Below are positions 25,648 through 35,310 of a stretch of DNA of 64,000 nt, one piece after another. The translations under genes and the position numbers were made by a program. This DNA is from Candidatus Enterousia sp. (GTDB lineage: Bacteria; Pseudomonadota; Alphaproteobacteria; Rs-D84). Where the stretch lies: the NCBI GenBank assembly GCA_045646625.1, contig JAZRLB010000013.1, positions 22,310 to 86,309 on the forward strand, written 5' to 3'. Numbering within the stretch: the stretch's first letter is position 1; each line of letters opens with the position of its first letter. The notes beneath the pieces were generated by a model, which worked only from the letters and a program-made list of their open reading frames with translations, searched no databases and had not been told where the DNA came from.

Positions 25648-25670
25648 CATCTATAAATAAAATAAAACCT

Positions 25671-25695
25671 AAAAAAAAATCCCCCAGTCGGGGGA
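25671..25695 (-). terminator. rpsO intrinsic terminator
   Basis: Minus strand TCCCCC-GACT-GGGGGA followed by a T9 run. Confidence 0.8.
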
Positions 25696-25700
25696 TTAAC

Positions 25701-25973
25701 TTATTTACGCAGACCTAATTTCTTAATCAGAGCTTCGTAGTCAGATGCATTGCGCTTTTTGATATAAGCCAACAATTTCTTGCGGCGGTTAACCATCAAC
25801 AACAAACCACGTTTTGAATGGTTGTCTTTGTGATTAGCCTTCATATGTTCAGTCAAGTTGCGAATGCGTTCTGTCAAAACTGCAACCTGGGATTCAACGG
25901 AACCACCATTGTCAACGTCAGACACTTTGTATTCCTGAATCAATTCAGATTTTTTTGCCTTTGTTACGGACAT
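25701..25973 (-). CDS. rpsO: 30S ribosomal protein S15
   Basis: 90 aa. [35 protein letters not shown] is the S15 signature region. Confidence 0.94.
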   Translation of the reverse strand: MSVTKAKKSELIQEYKVSDVDNGGSVESQVAVLTERIRNLTEHMKANHKDNHSKRGLLLMVNRRKKLLAYIKKRNASDYEALIKKLGLRK

Positions 25974-25994
25974 TACTTTTTCCTTTTGTTATTT

Positions 25995-26867
25995 TTATAA
26001 AGTTCGTTTTGGTCGCAACACGCCGCCATCAACCGCGCCAATGCCAATGAACACATCACCCGCATATACACGACACAAGCCGCACGCCACGCCCGTTTCA
26101 ATAAAGCCACCGTTTTTATAAAATTCGGCGTCTTTATCAGGCAAATTCAGAACCGGAATGTCCCCCAGTCCAAAATCCACCGGCTTCAGGTTTTCACCCA
26201 AATTTCCACTATTATTAAACACTTTTTCCAAAAAATCAAGTTTTACAGCATCTTTTATGTCAAAGCCGTTTGTTTGCGTGCGACGTATCATATCAACCGT
26301 CGCAACCGTACCACAGGCCGCCGCAATATCACGTGCAACACTGCGCACATATGTGCCGGGGCTGCATCGCATACGAAAATACCATGACGTGCCACGGATT
26401 TCCGTCAGTTCCAGCGCAAAAATTTCAACATTGCGTGGCGGCACATTAACCGCCCGTCCACGACGCGCCAATTCATAAGCGCGTGCGCCAGATACGTGAA
26501 CCGCAGAATAAATTGGCGGAACCTGGGATATGCATCCTATAAAATTCGGTATTGCGGCACGAACCGCAGATTCACCTGGTACGATGTCTGTGCGCGCGAT
26601 TTCCGTGCCGGTTATGTCCAACGTGTCCGTTTCAAAGCCAAACTGACATGAAAACAAGTATTCTTTGGTATGATTGCCCGCGTCTTCTACAAACGGTATC
26701 ATCTTGGTTGCGTCGCCAATCGCAATTGGCAAAACCCCCGTGGCCATCGGATCCAAGGTGCCGATATGCCCAAACTTTTTCGTCCCCAGCATACGTGCAA
26801 TGCGCCCACCCGCCGTTCGCGAAAACAGACCTGAATCTTTGTCTAAGATTATCCAACCAGATGTCAT
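25995..26867 (-). CDS. truB: tRNA pseudouridine(55) synthase
   Basis: GHIGTLDPMATGVLPIAIG catalytic-Asp motif. Conserved truB-rpsO synteny. Confidence 0.92.
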   Translation of the reverse strand: MTSGWIILDKDSGLFSRTAGGRIARMLGTKKFGHIGTLDPMATGVLPIAIGDATKMIPFVEDAGNHTKEYLFSCQFGFETDTLDITGTEIARTDIVPGESAVRAAIPNFIGCISQVPPIYSAVHVSGARAYELARRGRAVNVPPRNVEIFALELTEIRGTSWYFRMRCSPGTYVRSVARDIAAACGTVATVDMIRRTQTNGFDIKDAVKLDFLEKVFNNSGNLGENLKPVDFGLGDIPVLNLPDKDAEFYKNGGFIETGVACGLCRVYAGDVFIGIGAVDGGVLRPKRTL

Positions 26868-27364
26868 TAACGTGTCTTTTCAATGCTATATTTCTGTTTT
26901 TCAATCGCCTGAATAAATTTGGTCAACTCATTTTTTTTGCCGTCGCATGGCGGATAAACCTGGCGCATACGAACCGGGTCAAAAACCATGTCACCATTGG
27001 CAATAGTCTTTTTATATTCTTCATAATACCGGTTGCCATACAGTATCCCAGGATGAACCGGCATTTCTACCCTTAATATATTGTTGTTACAATTGGCAGA
27101 ACGACCAACATAATATTTCGGCCCCCAGATAATATTTGATTTTGCCTGGTATCCATCAATATCAATTACCAGACGCGCACCAACCTTGAATTGGTTATCG
27201 CGAAACCCACGTGTAATTCCGAATGTTGGTTTACCATTTGAGTCATACAGACTTCTGAAATCAAACGAGTGTATAAAGTTTAACAATTCTTGCTTGGTTG
27301 AAAATTCTTGCCGAACAAAATTAAACGAATCTGCCTGAAAAACATATATCGGTTTTATAATCAT
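26867..27364 (-). CDS. hypothetical protein (about 165 aa) translationally coupled to truB
   Basis: ORF between mutS and truB. Its stop overlaps the truB ATG (TAATG). No family recognised. The alternative start at 27385 would overlap mutS. Confidence 0.5.
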   Translation of the reverse strand: MIIKPIYVFQADSFNFVRQEFSTKQELLNFIHSFDFRSLYDSNGKPTFGITRGFRDNQFKVGARLVIDIDGYQAKSNIIWGPKYYVGRSANCNNNILRVEMPVHPGILYGNRYYEEYKKTIANGDMVFDPVRMRQVYPPCDGKKNELTKFIQAIEKQKYSIEKTR

Positions 27365-27377
27365 ACAAAATCCCTTT

Positions 27378-29906
27378 TTACCCAAATAAACTTAACTGTG
27401 GCGATACATTATCCGCAACACTTGTTTTTTTCGGCGACGGTGTGGGCACAGGCTTTGGTGCGCAATCTTGTGATGGCATCACAGGCTCGTTCGATTCCAG
27501 CGCACTTAATACACATTCCGCACGCGCAACAACCGATTTCGGCATACCCGCCATCCGCGCAACGTGAATACCATATGACCGATTGGCAACACCTGTGACA
27601 ATTTTATGCATAAAGATTATTTCGTTGTTGTGTTCGCGAACATCAATCGTCAGGCACGATACGTGATTCAAACCACCGTTTGTCGCCAACGCTGTCAATT
27701 CGTGATAATGGGTTGCAAACAATGTACGGGGCTGCATTTCATCCAGGTATTCCAACACCGCCTGAGCAATCGCCATACCATCATAGGTCGCGGTACCCCG
27801 CCCTATTTCATCAAAAATAATAAACGAACGATTTGTCGCACGGTTTAGGATGTTGGCAGTCTCGCTCATTTCTACCATAAATGTAGACTGGCCAGCCGCC
27901 AAATTGTCCGATGCGCCGACACGACTGAATAACTGGTCACAGATGCCAATGTTCGCGCGTTCGGCCGGAACATATGAACCCAGATGTGCTAAAACAACAA
28001 TCAATGCATTCTGGCGCAGGTATGTTGACTTACCCGCCATATTTGGCCCTGTCAGCAACGCAATTGCGTGCGCGTTCAAATTACAATCGTTCTTAACAAA
28101 GTTATCACCACGGGCACGCAGAACTGATTCAATCACTGGGTGCCGGCCGCCAACAATATCAAATGCACAATCGTCCGATATTGTCGGGCGCGTCCAAGAA
28201 TATTTGTCGGCTACGCGTGTAAGTGATACCCATACATCCGCATCCGCCAACAAGTCCGCCGCAGACAACAAATCATCCGAGACACTGCGGATTTGTTCAA
28301 TCAGTTCTTTGATTATTTCATCTTCGATTGCGGACGCTTTTTCCGCCGCGCTGCGAACGTCGTTATCCAAATCAATCAGACGCGACGTGGTAAAGCGCAT
28401 ATTGCCCGCCATTGTTTGACGATGAATAAAACCAGATTCAGGCGACATCATCACATCGGCACGAGCGGATGGCACCTCGATAAAATACCCAAGTATATTG
28501 TTGTATTTAATTTTCAGTGTGTTGATGCCTGTCTGGGTTATGTATTGGGTCTGCAGGCCCGCAATCGTTTCACGCGCACCATTTGATAACTCACGCATAT
28601 TATCAAGCGACGCATCAAACCCCGTACGTATCACACCACCATCGCGGAAAAACGTCGGTAAATCATCAGATAATGCACGCACTAATTTTGCACATAGTTC
28701 ACCGTGGGGGTTTATGTCAGAAAAACGCGACGCAAAACCTGCATCCAGGCGTGACGATAACAACTGGGCCCGTGGCAGTGCGATAATAAAATCCGTTATA
28801 TTGCGCATATCACGTGGTGTGCCACGACCCGATAACAGGCGCGACAAAGAACGACCAACATCTGGGACAGAGGACAAGATGTTTTCAACCATCGCACAAA
28901 CATCTGGATTTAACATAAAGTGTGAAATATGCGATTGGCGCATTATAATTTCATCTGTGTCCGCAGACAAATTACGCAAATATGCACGCAATTTGCGCGC
29001 GCCCGCCGCCGTGCGCGTTTCATCCAACACATCTATCAAGCACGCGCCACCGTCGTTTATCGGCGCGTCGATTTCAAGACTGTGCCAGGTGGCGGAATCA
29101 ATTAATAACTGACGACCCGATTTGAATGTATATGGCGCACGAAACGTTATTGTCGCGTCACGCTGGGTATTAAACAAATAACCCGCCAGCAAACATATTG
29201 CGCCATCGTTATTTTTTGCAACCGTCCCCGCATCCACTGCACCACCAAACACACGCGACACAACCATATCTATGTCCGCGCGGTGATACAGTTTTTCGTA
29301 AACCGGGGCTGATTTAAATAATTCACGTAATTTAGAAATCGTTTTTTCTTCGGCGGTATGAAATGGAAATATAACCTCGGCTGGGTTTATACGAACCAGA
29401 TCGTCAATCGGTTCGGCGGTCGTACCAATAAAAAATTCACCCGTTGAAATATCACAACCCGCAATATCATATTTACCACCACCAATTGGTGAAATCGCAA
29501 CCAAGAAGTTTGAATTTTTCGGACTTAATAAATTTTCATCGGTCAATGTGCCAGGTGTCAAAACACGAACAACACGACGTTCAATAAACTTGTGCCCGCG
29601 GGCCTTGGCCTGGGCGGGGGTTTCCATTTGTTCAACCAATGCAACCTTGTATCCCGCACGTACCAGACGACCAAAGTAATTATCTGCCGCGTGCCACGGA
29701 ATGCCACACATTGGAATATCATCACCGTTGCCGTCGGTGCCACGCGCCGTTAATACAAGTCCCAACGTCGCGCTGATTGTGCGCGCATCTTCAAAAAAAG
29801 ATTCATAAAAATCCCCCAAACGAAACATTAATAACGCGTCTGGATTTTCAGACTTCATATCAACGTATTGTTGCATAACCGGGGTTAATTTACCTTTGTC
29901 CGCCAC
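27378..29906 (-). CDS. mutS: DNA mismatch repair protein MutS
   Basis: 842 aa. N-terminal TPVMQQY...FYE mismatch-binding motif and Walker A GPNMAGKSTYLRQ. Confidence 0.94.
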   Translation of the reverse strand: MADKGKLTPVMQQYVDMKSENPDALLMFRLGDFYESFFEDARTISATLGLVLTARGTDGNGDDIPMCGIPWHAADNYFGRLVRAGYKVALVEQMETPAQAKARGHKFIERRVVRVLTPGTLTDENLLSPKNSNFLVAISPIGGGKYDIAGCDISTGEFFIGTTAEPIDDLVRINPAEVIFPFHTAEEKTISKLRELFKSAPVYEKLYHRADIDMVVSRVFGGAVDAGTVAKNNDGAICLLAGYLFNTQRDATITFRAPYTFKSGRQLLIDSATWHSLEIDAPINDGGACLIDVLDETRTAAGARKLRAYLRNLSADTDEIIMRQSHISHFMLNPDVCAMVENILSSVPDVGRSLSRLLSGRGTPRDMRNITDFIIALPRAQLLSSRLDAGFASRFSDINPHGELCAKLVRALSDDLPTFFRDGGVIRTGFDASLDNMRELSNGARETIAGLQTQYITQTGINTLKIKYNNILGYFIEVPSARADVMMSPESGFIHRQTMAGNMRFTTSRLIDLDNDVRSAAEKASAIEDEIIKELIEQIRSVSDDLLSAADLLADADVWVSLTRVADKYSWTRPTISDDCAFDIVGGRHPVIESVLRARGDNFVKNDCNLNAHAIALLTGPNMAGKSTYLRQNALIVVLAHLGSYVPAERANIGICDQLFSRVGASDNLAAGQSTFMVEMSETANILNRATNRSFIIFDEIGRGTATYDGMAIAQAVLEYLDEMQPRTLFATHYHELTALATNGGLNHVSCLTIDVREHNNEIIFMHKIVTGVANRSYGIHVARMAGMPKSVVARAECVLSALESNEPVMPSQDCAPKPVPTPSPKKTSVADNVSPQLSLFG

Positions 29907-29930
29907 GATAAAATCCGTTTATTTTTGTAT

Positions 29931-30137
29931 TTATGCACCTACTTTCAGCGTTTCGATTTTCAATTCTGCTTCCTTTAACAATTGTTCACAATACGCCTTT
30001 AACTTAATACCCTGTTCGTATGCAGCGACAGAATCCGCCAAGGGCAATTCGCCAGATTCCATTTTTTTTACCAATTCCATTAATTGCTTGTACGCTTCTT
30101 CGAATGATAATTTGTTTTCTTCCATAACTTTCCCCAT
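29931..30137 (-). CDS. xseB: exodeoxyribonuclease VII small subunit
   Basis: LSFEEAYKQLMELVKKMESGELPLADSVAAYEQG is a typical XseB pattern. The start could be the internal MEENK at 30125. Confidence 0.85.
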   Translation of the reverse strand: MGKVMEENKLSFEEAYKQLMELVKKMESGELPLADSVAAYEQGIKLKAYCEQLLKEAELKIETLKVGA

Positions 30138-30214
30138 GGTTTTATTGATATGTTCAGACTACTAAAACAAATGCCAATTTTCAATTTATTTTTTGAAAGA
30201 ACATAAAAGCAACA

Positions 30215-30234
30215 AAAAAGCCGGCAAAAGCCGG
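30215..30234 (-). terminator. parB terminator hairpin
   Basis: Minus strand CCGGC-TTTT-GCCGG followed by CTTTTTT. Confidence 0.6.
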
Positions 30235-30280
30235 TGAATAATTAACAATTTTATTTATATTTATTTATTATGCAATAACG

Positions 30281-30300
30281 CCGGCTTTTGCCGGCTTTTT
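30281..30300 (+). terminator. mirror-image copy of the parB terminator hairpin, oriented for the plus strand
   Basis: CCGGC-TTTT-GCCGG followed by CTTTTT on the plus strand. Inverted repeat of 30215-30234. Confidence 0.45.
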
Positions 30301-30311
30301 CTTAACTTTTT

Positions 30312-31190
30312 TTACTTAGTCAAACTGTCTACCAGTTCATACAACTGGGTTCGGGTGGAAAAACTTAACGTTATTTGCCCTGCCCCACCACGACGCTCTG
30401 TTAATTTCACAGGAACACCCAAAGCAGCCTTGATACGTGATTCTATTTCACGAACGGACGATGCATCAATTGTTTTCTGGGAGTGTGCACGTGTTGTCTT
30501 GGCACGCGGGACCGCCTTTACAATCTTATCCGTTTCTGCAACCGATAATTTTTCCGATATAATTTTATGTGCCAAACTTTCTGGATTTTCTGCAACCGCA
30601 ATTGTGCGCGCGTGTGATGCAGATAACTCGCCCTGCTCTACCAGACTCTGGACAGATTCTGGCAATGATGTCAGGCGCAGCATATTACGAATATAACTGG
30701 CCGATTTGCCGATAAGGCGTGACACATCGTCCAATTCATAATCACAACATTCCATTAAATTCTTGTAAGCACAAGCCTCCTCGATTGGATTCAGGTTTTC
30801 ACGCTGGACATTTTCTATCAAGGCTATTTCCATCGCATTGTTGTCATCCATAGTTTTTACCAAAGCTGGAATTTCAGTCAATCCCGCCATTTTAGATGCA
30901 CGATATCGACGTTCGCCCGCAACAATTTCATACATATAAGGACGGTTTTGAACACTGCGCAATAATATTGGCTGCAATACGCCCTTTTCACGAATAGATG
31001 CCGATAATTCAGCCAATTCTGATTCAGAAAAAGTTTTACGCGGCTGGTCCGGGTTCGCCCCAATCTGTGCCAGCGGAATCTGTTTTACAACAACACGCTC
31101 GTTCTGGGTCAACAATGATATATCAGGTATCGCACCGCGTGATACACTGATATCCGCCAAACCGCGCCCCAATCCAAATTTATTCGCCAT
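30312..31190 (-). CDS. parB: chromosome partitioning protein ParB
   Basis: Start at MANKFGLGRGLADI. GERRYRASKMAGL box and an HTH region. Confidence 0.92.
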   Translation of the reverse strand: MANKFGLGRGLADISVSRGAIPDISLLTQNERVVVKQIPLAQIGANPDQPRKTFSESELAELSASIREKGVLQPILLRSVQNRPYMYEIVAGERRYRASKMAGLTEIPALVKTMDDNNAMEIALIENVQRENLNPIEEACAYKNLMECCDYELDDVSRLIGKSASYIRNMLRLTSLPESVQSLVEQGELSASHARTIAVAENPESLAHKIISEKLSVAETDKIVKAVPRAKTTRAHSQKTIDASSVREIESRIKAALGVPVKLTERRGGAGQITLSFSTRTQLYELVDSLTK

Positions 31191-31962
31191 ATTCTTCCCC
31201 TGTGGTTCGTTGTACAACCTCGGTCGCGACACGCAAGTATGCCTGGGCACCGGTTGAGTTAAAATCATAGAATAATGCAGGTTTACCGTGAGACGGCGCC
31301 TCGGACACACGAACATTGCGCGGAACAACCGTTTTAAACACGGTATCGCCAAATGTTTTACGCACATCTTCGTCAACAGCACGCGTCAAACCATAACGAC
31401 GGTCATACATAGTCAACAACACACCCAAAATCTTTAATTCTGGGTTCCACTTTTCACGTACTATGTTGATTGTGTCCGTTAATTGTTGAACCCCTTCAAG
31501 CGCAAAAAATTCGCACTGCAATGGGATTATTACAGAATCTGCCGTCGTTAAAGCATTAATTGTTAAATACCCTAACGCCGGCGGGCAATCCAGTAATATA
31601 TAATCATAATATTCCATTATTGGGCACAAGGCATCACGCAGGCGAAATTCACGATTTTCCATATCCAACAAATCAACGTCTGCACCGGCCAAAGCCTGGG
31701 ATGACGGCAACAGATGTAACCCCGGCACCGCTGTGGACAAGATATTATCCGCCGCGTTTGCAGTCCCCATAATTACACCATAAACGCTTTGACGATGAGA
31801 TGCGCGTTCAAACCCCAGCCCCGTGCCTGCATTACCCTGCTGATCTAAATCAACCAACAAGACACGCTTTTTAATTGCAGCCAAAGATGCACCAATATTA
31901 ATCGCCGTCGTGGTTTTTCCCACCCCACCCTTTTGATTCGCAAATGCTATTATTTGTACCAT
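31180..31962 (-). CDS. parA: chromosome partitioning ATPase ParA/Soj
   Basis: Deviant Walker A NQKGGVGKTTTAINIGASLA. 11-nt overlap with parB. Confidence 0.93.
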   Translation of the reverse strand: MVQIIAFANQKGGVGKTTTAINIGASLAAIKKRVLLVDLDQQGNAGTGLGFERASHRQSVYGVIMGTANAADNILSTAVPGLHLLPSSQALAGADVDLLDMENREFRLRDALCPIMEYYDYILLDCPPALGYLTINALTTADSVIIPLQCEFFALEGVQQLTDTINIVREKWNPELKILGVLLTMYDRRYGLTRAVDEDVRKTFGDTVFKTVVPRNVRVSEAPSHGKPALFYDFNSTGAQAYLRVATEVVQRTTGEEYGE

Positions 31963-32095
31963 AATCCTTTCCGTATTTTCCAAGCACAGGTTATAAAATA
32001 CGTACGATTCGGTCAAGTTTTTATATTTTTTTCGGCAAAAACATTAAAAATCAATATGTTATTAATAATTTCATATGAAACAAAAGCAATCACAC

Positions 32096-32123
32096 TTGAC
32101 AAAGCGTGTTTTTGTATTATAAT
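32096..32123 (+). promoter_or_regulatory. consensus sigma70 promoter placed for a leaderless transcript of the HExxH gene
   Basis: TTGACA (32096-32101), 16 nt spacer, TATAAT (32118-32123). The ATG at 32130 is 6 nt after the -10. No Shine-Dalgarno. Confidence 0.6.
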
Positions 32124-32129
32124 AACAGT

Positions 32130-33038
32130 ATGAAGTTTAAGAAATACACATCTTGGTCACTGCCTTTGATTTTTGGCGCTGTTGCGCTGTTTTCTGCATG
32201 GACAGAAGAAAAACCCGCCACCACAGAAAAAAAGCCAGAATCAACAAAAATAAATGCCCCAGATTTAAAATATAAAATGGACACAATAAAAATAAAATCA
32301 ACTAAGGATTTTAACAAAAGGGCAAAAGGTGTGTTTTATATAAAATCAAACACTATCTGCCTGAATCATTTCGTGCCCGACAGTGATGAAAAGCACGTAA
32401 TTGATTTCTGCAACAAAAACAACACCCAAATTAGATTCACATTGCGACACGAACGCGAACATGCCCGCAAAGCAATCTTGACAAGAAAAACAGAAAATTA
32501 CACCCCTTATGTGCGCGCACAAATTGCCGCACTTAACGAAATCATGGCACCTGCCGCAGAAATCATCGAAGGAATAGAATACTGTATAGAAAACAACAAC
32601 AATATACCACAAGCAAAAAAATTTATTATTGATGCATGCCAAGAAATCATTGCATATAAACAAAACACAAAAACATTTACAGGCATAATGTTTTACGATT
32701 CTGCAGTATCAGACATAATAATAAAGCACGCAACAAAAGACTTTTTGTCATCTGTAAAGCGTGGTTTTTATGTAAACACCATAGCAAAAGCATATAAAAA
32801 CAAACCAATAGACTATACCCCTAACAAAGAATGCTATAAATTCAACCGCTGTTTCTTTTTACCACAACTTAACATGTGGGACCCGCTGTGGGAATTTGAA
32901 ACGAAAAACGGCCCGATAAACCCATGGCGCAGCGCAAGCGAAAAAACAAGACAAGAAACAATTAACACAGTAAACAAACTTGTTTGCGAAACATTAGCAA
33001 AGCACAAAATCACATTATCACTACTTCACACAAGATAA
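32130..33038 (+). CDS. exported protein with an HExxH motif (putative zinc metallopeptidase-like), unknown family
   Basis: 302 aa from MKFKKYTSWSLPLIFGAVALFSA (signal/anchor). FTLRHEREHARKA contains H-E-x-x-H. Opposite strand to the flanking parA and rsmG. Confidence 0.6.
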   Translation: MKFKKYTSWSLPLIFGAVALFSAWTEEKPATTEKKPESTKINAPDLKYKMDTIKIKSTKDFNKRAKGVFYIKSNTICLNHFVPDSDEKHVIDFCNKNNTQIRFTLRHEREHARKAILTRKTENYTPYVRAQIAALNEIMAPAAEIIEGIEYCIENNNNIPQAKKFIIDACQEIIAYKQNTKTFTGIMFYDSAVSDIIIKHATKDFLSSVKRGFYVNTIAKAYKNKPIDYTPNKECYKFNRCFFLPQLNMWDPLWEFETKNGPINPWRSASEKTRQETINTVNKLVCETLAKHKITLSLLHTR

Positions 33039-33040
33039 AA

Positions 33041-33066
33041 AAGCCGGCAAACGCCGGTATTTTTAT
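33041..33066 (+). terminator. intrinsic terminator of the HExxH gene
   Basis: CCGGC-AAAC-GCCGG followed by TATTTTTAT. Confidence 0.65.
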
Positions 33067-33111
33067 AAATAGCGTGTTTTTTCAACACGTTAATTTGTAT
33101 TTCACATGAAA

Positions 33112-33672
33112 TTACCGGCAAAAACGCACAGAAATTATATAACCGTCACCTGTCTTGGATGGCGTTAAATCGTATTCGAATTCATACTTGTTTTTTGCCA
33201 CTTCGATTTCCCCGGCAATTTCGCGACCTTTTAACAGAAAAAGCCGGTATTTTGTATGTGCAACATAGTCCATAATCTTGGTCAAAGACGCAAATGCGCG
33301 CGCAGTAAACACAAAATCATTCGATTTTGCCGGTAAATGCCGGACATAATCTTCGACACGACCGTGATATATAGTCAAATTTTCCAGCCCAAGTTCATTT
33401 TTAACCGCGGTTAAAAACGCAACCTTTTTGCCAATCGATTCGATACACGTCACACGCCACCCCAGAATCGCCAAAACAATTCCCGGAAAACCAGCACCGC
33501 TGCCCAAATCGATTATATTCACATTTTTCGGCAAAACATCCGCCAATTGCGCAGAATCCGCAATATGGCGGTTTTCTATGTCATTAAGCGTACTGGGCGC
33601 AACCAGATTCATACGACCAGACCATTCACGCAACATTTGCGCATAACGTTCAAACTTGATTTTATTACTCAT
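33112..33672 (-). CDS. rsmG: 16S rRNA (guanine527-N7)-methyltransferase RsmG/GidB
   Basis: Start at MSNKIKFERY. NLVAPSTLNDIENRHIADS and the SAM motif IDLGSGAGFPGIVLAI. Confidence 0.9.
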   Translation of the reverse strand: MSNKIKFERYAQMLREWSGRMNLVAPSTLNDIENRHIADSAQLADVLPKNVNIIDLGSGAGFPGIVLAILGWRVTCIESIGKKVAFLTAVKNELGLENLTIYHGRVEDYVRHLPAKSNDFVFTARAFASLTKIMDYVAHTKYRLFLLKGREIAGEIEVAKNKYEFEYDLTPSKTGDGYIISVRFCR

Positions 33673-33693
33673 AAGCGCTATTCTAACATAACC

Positions 33694-35310
33694 ATGAGAA
33701 AAATAGAAAGAATATTTATCACAATCAGTTTGTTTGCAGTTGTTACGGTCACAGCATCGGCAATTTGGCACAATCTGAACAAACCAGAGCAGGGAGCTGT
33801 TCAATCAATCCCAACAACTAAATACGGTGCTTTTTTGGCCACCCAACACGCTGTGTACGTAAATGATTTTGACACAGCAACACAATTGACCAAAAACCTG
33901 CGCGATGTAGAACACCCCATTGTTCAAAACACTGTTTATTTGTCAGATTTTCTGGGCGGAAAAATGCCACTTGATGCACACTTGTTAAAAAGTGAAAAAA
34001 GCGTGCCCGCACGTCTGATTTATGACGCATATTTAATTCAAAATGACAACTGGAAAGAATTGTACAATCGACACAAATCTGACGATTCTGCGTTGTCGGC
34101 ACCATTGCGCATTTGGTCCGCAGTTGCGAACGACAAACAGGCAGAGGCACTTAATTTCATTGAAAAATTGCCAACTAATTCATCTTGGAAATCATTTGTA
34201 CGTGGCCAGATTTATGCAGAAAAAGGCGATAGTAAAAAGGCAGCAGAAAGCTTTGATGCAATCAATCCTGATTTCCTGAATATAAATGATTATCTGTACA
34301 TAATGTCTTTTTATGTGTATCACGATATGGCAGATAAAGCGTCCGAACTGTTCAAGAGCTTTACTTCGACACCCGGCGGAATGTTTATGCTGGGGTACGA
34401 CAATATTCCAGAATGGTCTGTATTCAGTGGATATAAAAACCAACTGGCATTCAGTCTGGTGCAAAATGTTTCGCACACCCAGATTATGATGTATTCTGAT
34501 TTGGCTATGTTGCTGCTGCGATTTGCACAGATTACCGCGCCAGAATTAGCGAACAGTAATAATGTTATAGATTATTATTTGGGAAATTTCTTTTATCACA
34601 ACACAGGTAATTGGCAAAAGCATTTTGATAACATCAGCGAAGACAGTCCGTATTATTTGTTTGGACTGCTGCGTAGTGCAGAAAAAACTGGAAAAATCGA
34701 AAAACTGCAAGAAGCACAAAAAGAACACCCATTGTTTGTGCCGGCTGTTAATAAATTGGTCGCCCACCATATTCAACACGGCAATAAAAGCGACGCAATG
34801 CGCATTATTCGTCGCGCGATGAATAATAAACACCTGAATGAAGCGGGCAGGGCGTTCTTTGCCAAGGGAAGCGCGCAGATTAACTTCGCGTTTGGTGATC
34901 TGGATGCAGCACAATCAGACCTGCACAAGGTTTCAAAATCATTGGCACTGGATGGAGAAATATTGTCTTTGCAGGCGAAAATCTGGGCAATGCAAAAGCG
35001 CGAACTGGATAACGCATATGATTACGCAATGAAATTGGTAAAAATTAATCCAGCGGATGTATTGGCGTGGGATACGTTAGGACTGGTGGTGGCAAAACGC
35101 GAAGGGACAGATGCCGCACTGGATGTATTAGAACGCGTAGGCGAAGTATCTGCAACGTGTTCTTCACTGTTTGAACATTTAGGGGACATATATGCAAGCA
35201 AAGGCGAGGTTGATAAAGCCGTTGATTCATATATGCGCGCAATTGAATTATCTGATGATGGATTGACTGTTGTTCCCCTGATAGAAAAGAAAATAAGGAA
35301 GTTAAAATGA
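33694..35310 (+). CDS. membrane-anchored TPR-like repeat protein
   Basis: Start at MRKIERIFITISLFAVVTVTA (TM anchor). The helical-repeat C-terminus (GDIYASKGEVDKAVDSYMRAIEL) is typical of TPR. Confidence 0.65.
   Translation: MRKIERIFITISLFAVVTVTASAIWHNLNKPEQGAVQSIPTTKYGAFLATQHAVYVNDFDTATQLTKNLRDVEHPIVQNTVYLSDFLGGKMPLDAHLLKSEKSVPARLIYDAYLIQNDNWKELYNRHKSDDSALSAPLRIWSAVANDKQAEALNFIEKLPTNSSWKSFVRGQIYAEKGDSKKAAESFDAINPDFLNINDYLYIMSFYVYHDMADKASELFKSFTSTPGGMFMLGYDNIPEWSVFSGYKNQLAFSLVQNVSHTQIMMYSDLAMLLLRFAQITAPELANSNNVIDYYLGNFFYHNTGNWQKHFDNISEDSPYYLFGLLRSAEKTGKIEKLQEAQKEHPLFVPAVNKLVAHHIQHGNKSDAMRIIRRAMNNKHLNEAGRAFFAKGSAQINFAFGDLDAAQSDLHKVSKSLALDGEILSLQAKIWAMQKRELDNAYDYAMKLVKINPADVLAWDTLGLVVAKREGTDAALDVLERVGEVSATCSSLFEHLGDIYASKGEVDKAVDSYMRAIELSDDGLTVVPLIEKKIRKLK

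Noticed and set aside
31191-31382. N-terminal extensions of parB (to 31382), parA (to 32016), rsmG (to 33804), dnaA (to 22364), rpmI (to 56845), topA (from 60890) and rpoH (from 38619).
   Set aside because: In each case the conserved family N-terminus begins at an internal Met with a better ribosome-binding context. The extension overlaps the neighbouring gene or promoter region.
33098-33113. parS-like near-palindrome TATTTCACATGAAATT overlapping the rsmG stop.
   Set aside because: It matches the canonical TGTTTCACGTGAAACA at only about 12 of 16 positions and the central CG is disrupted. That is too weak to call without ParB ChIP or a genome-wide motif comparison.
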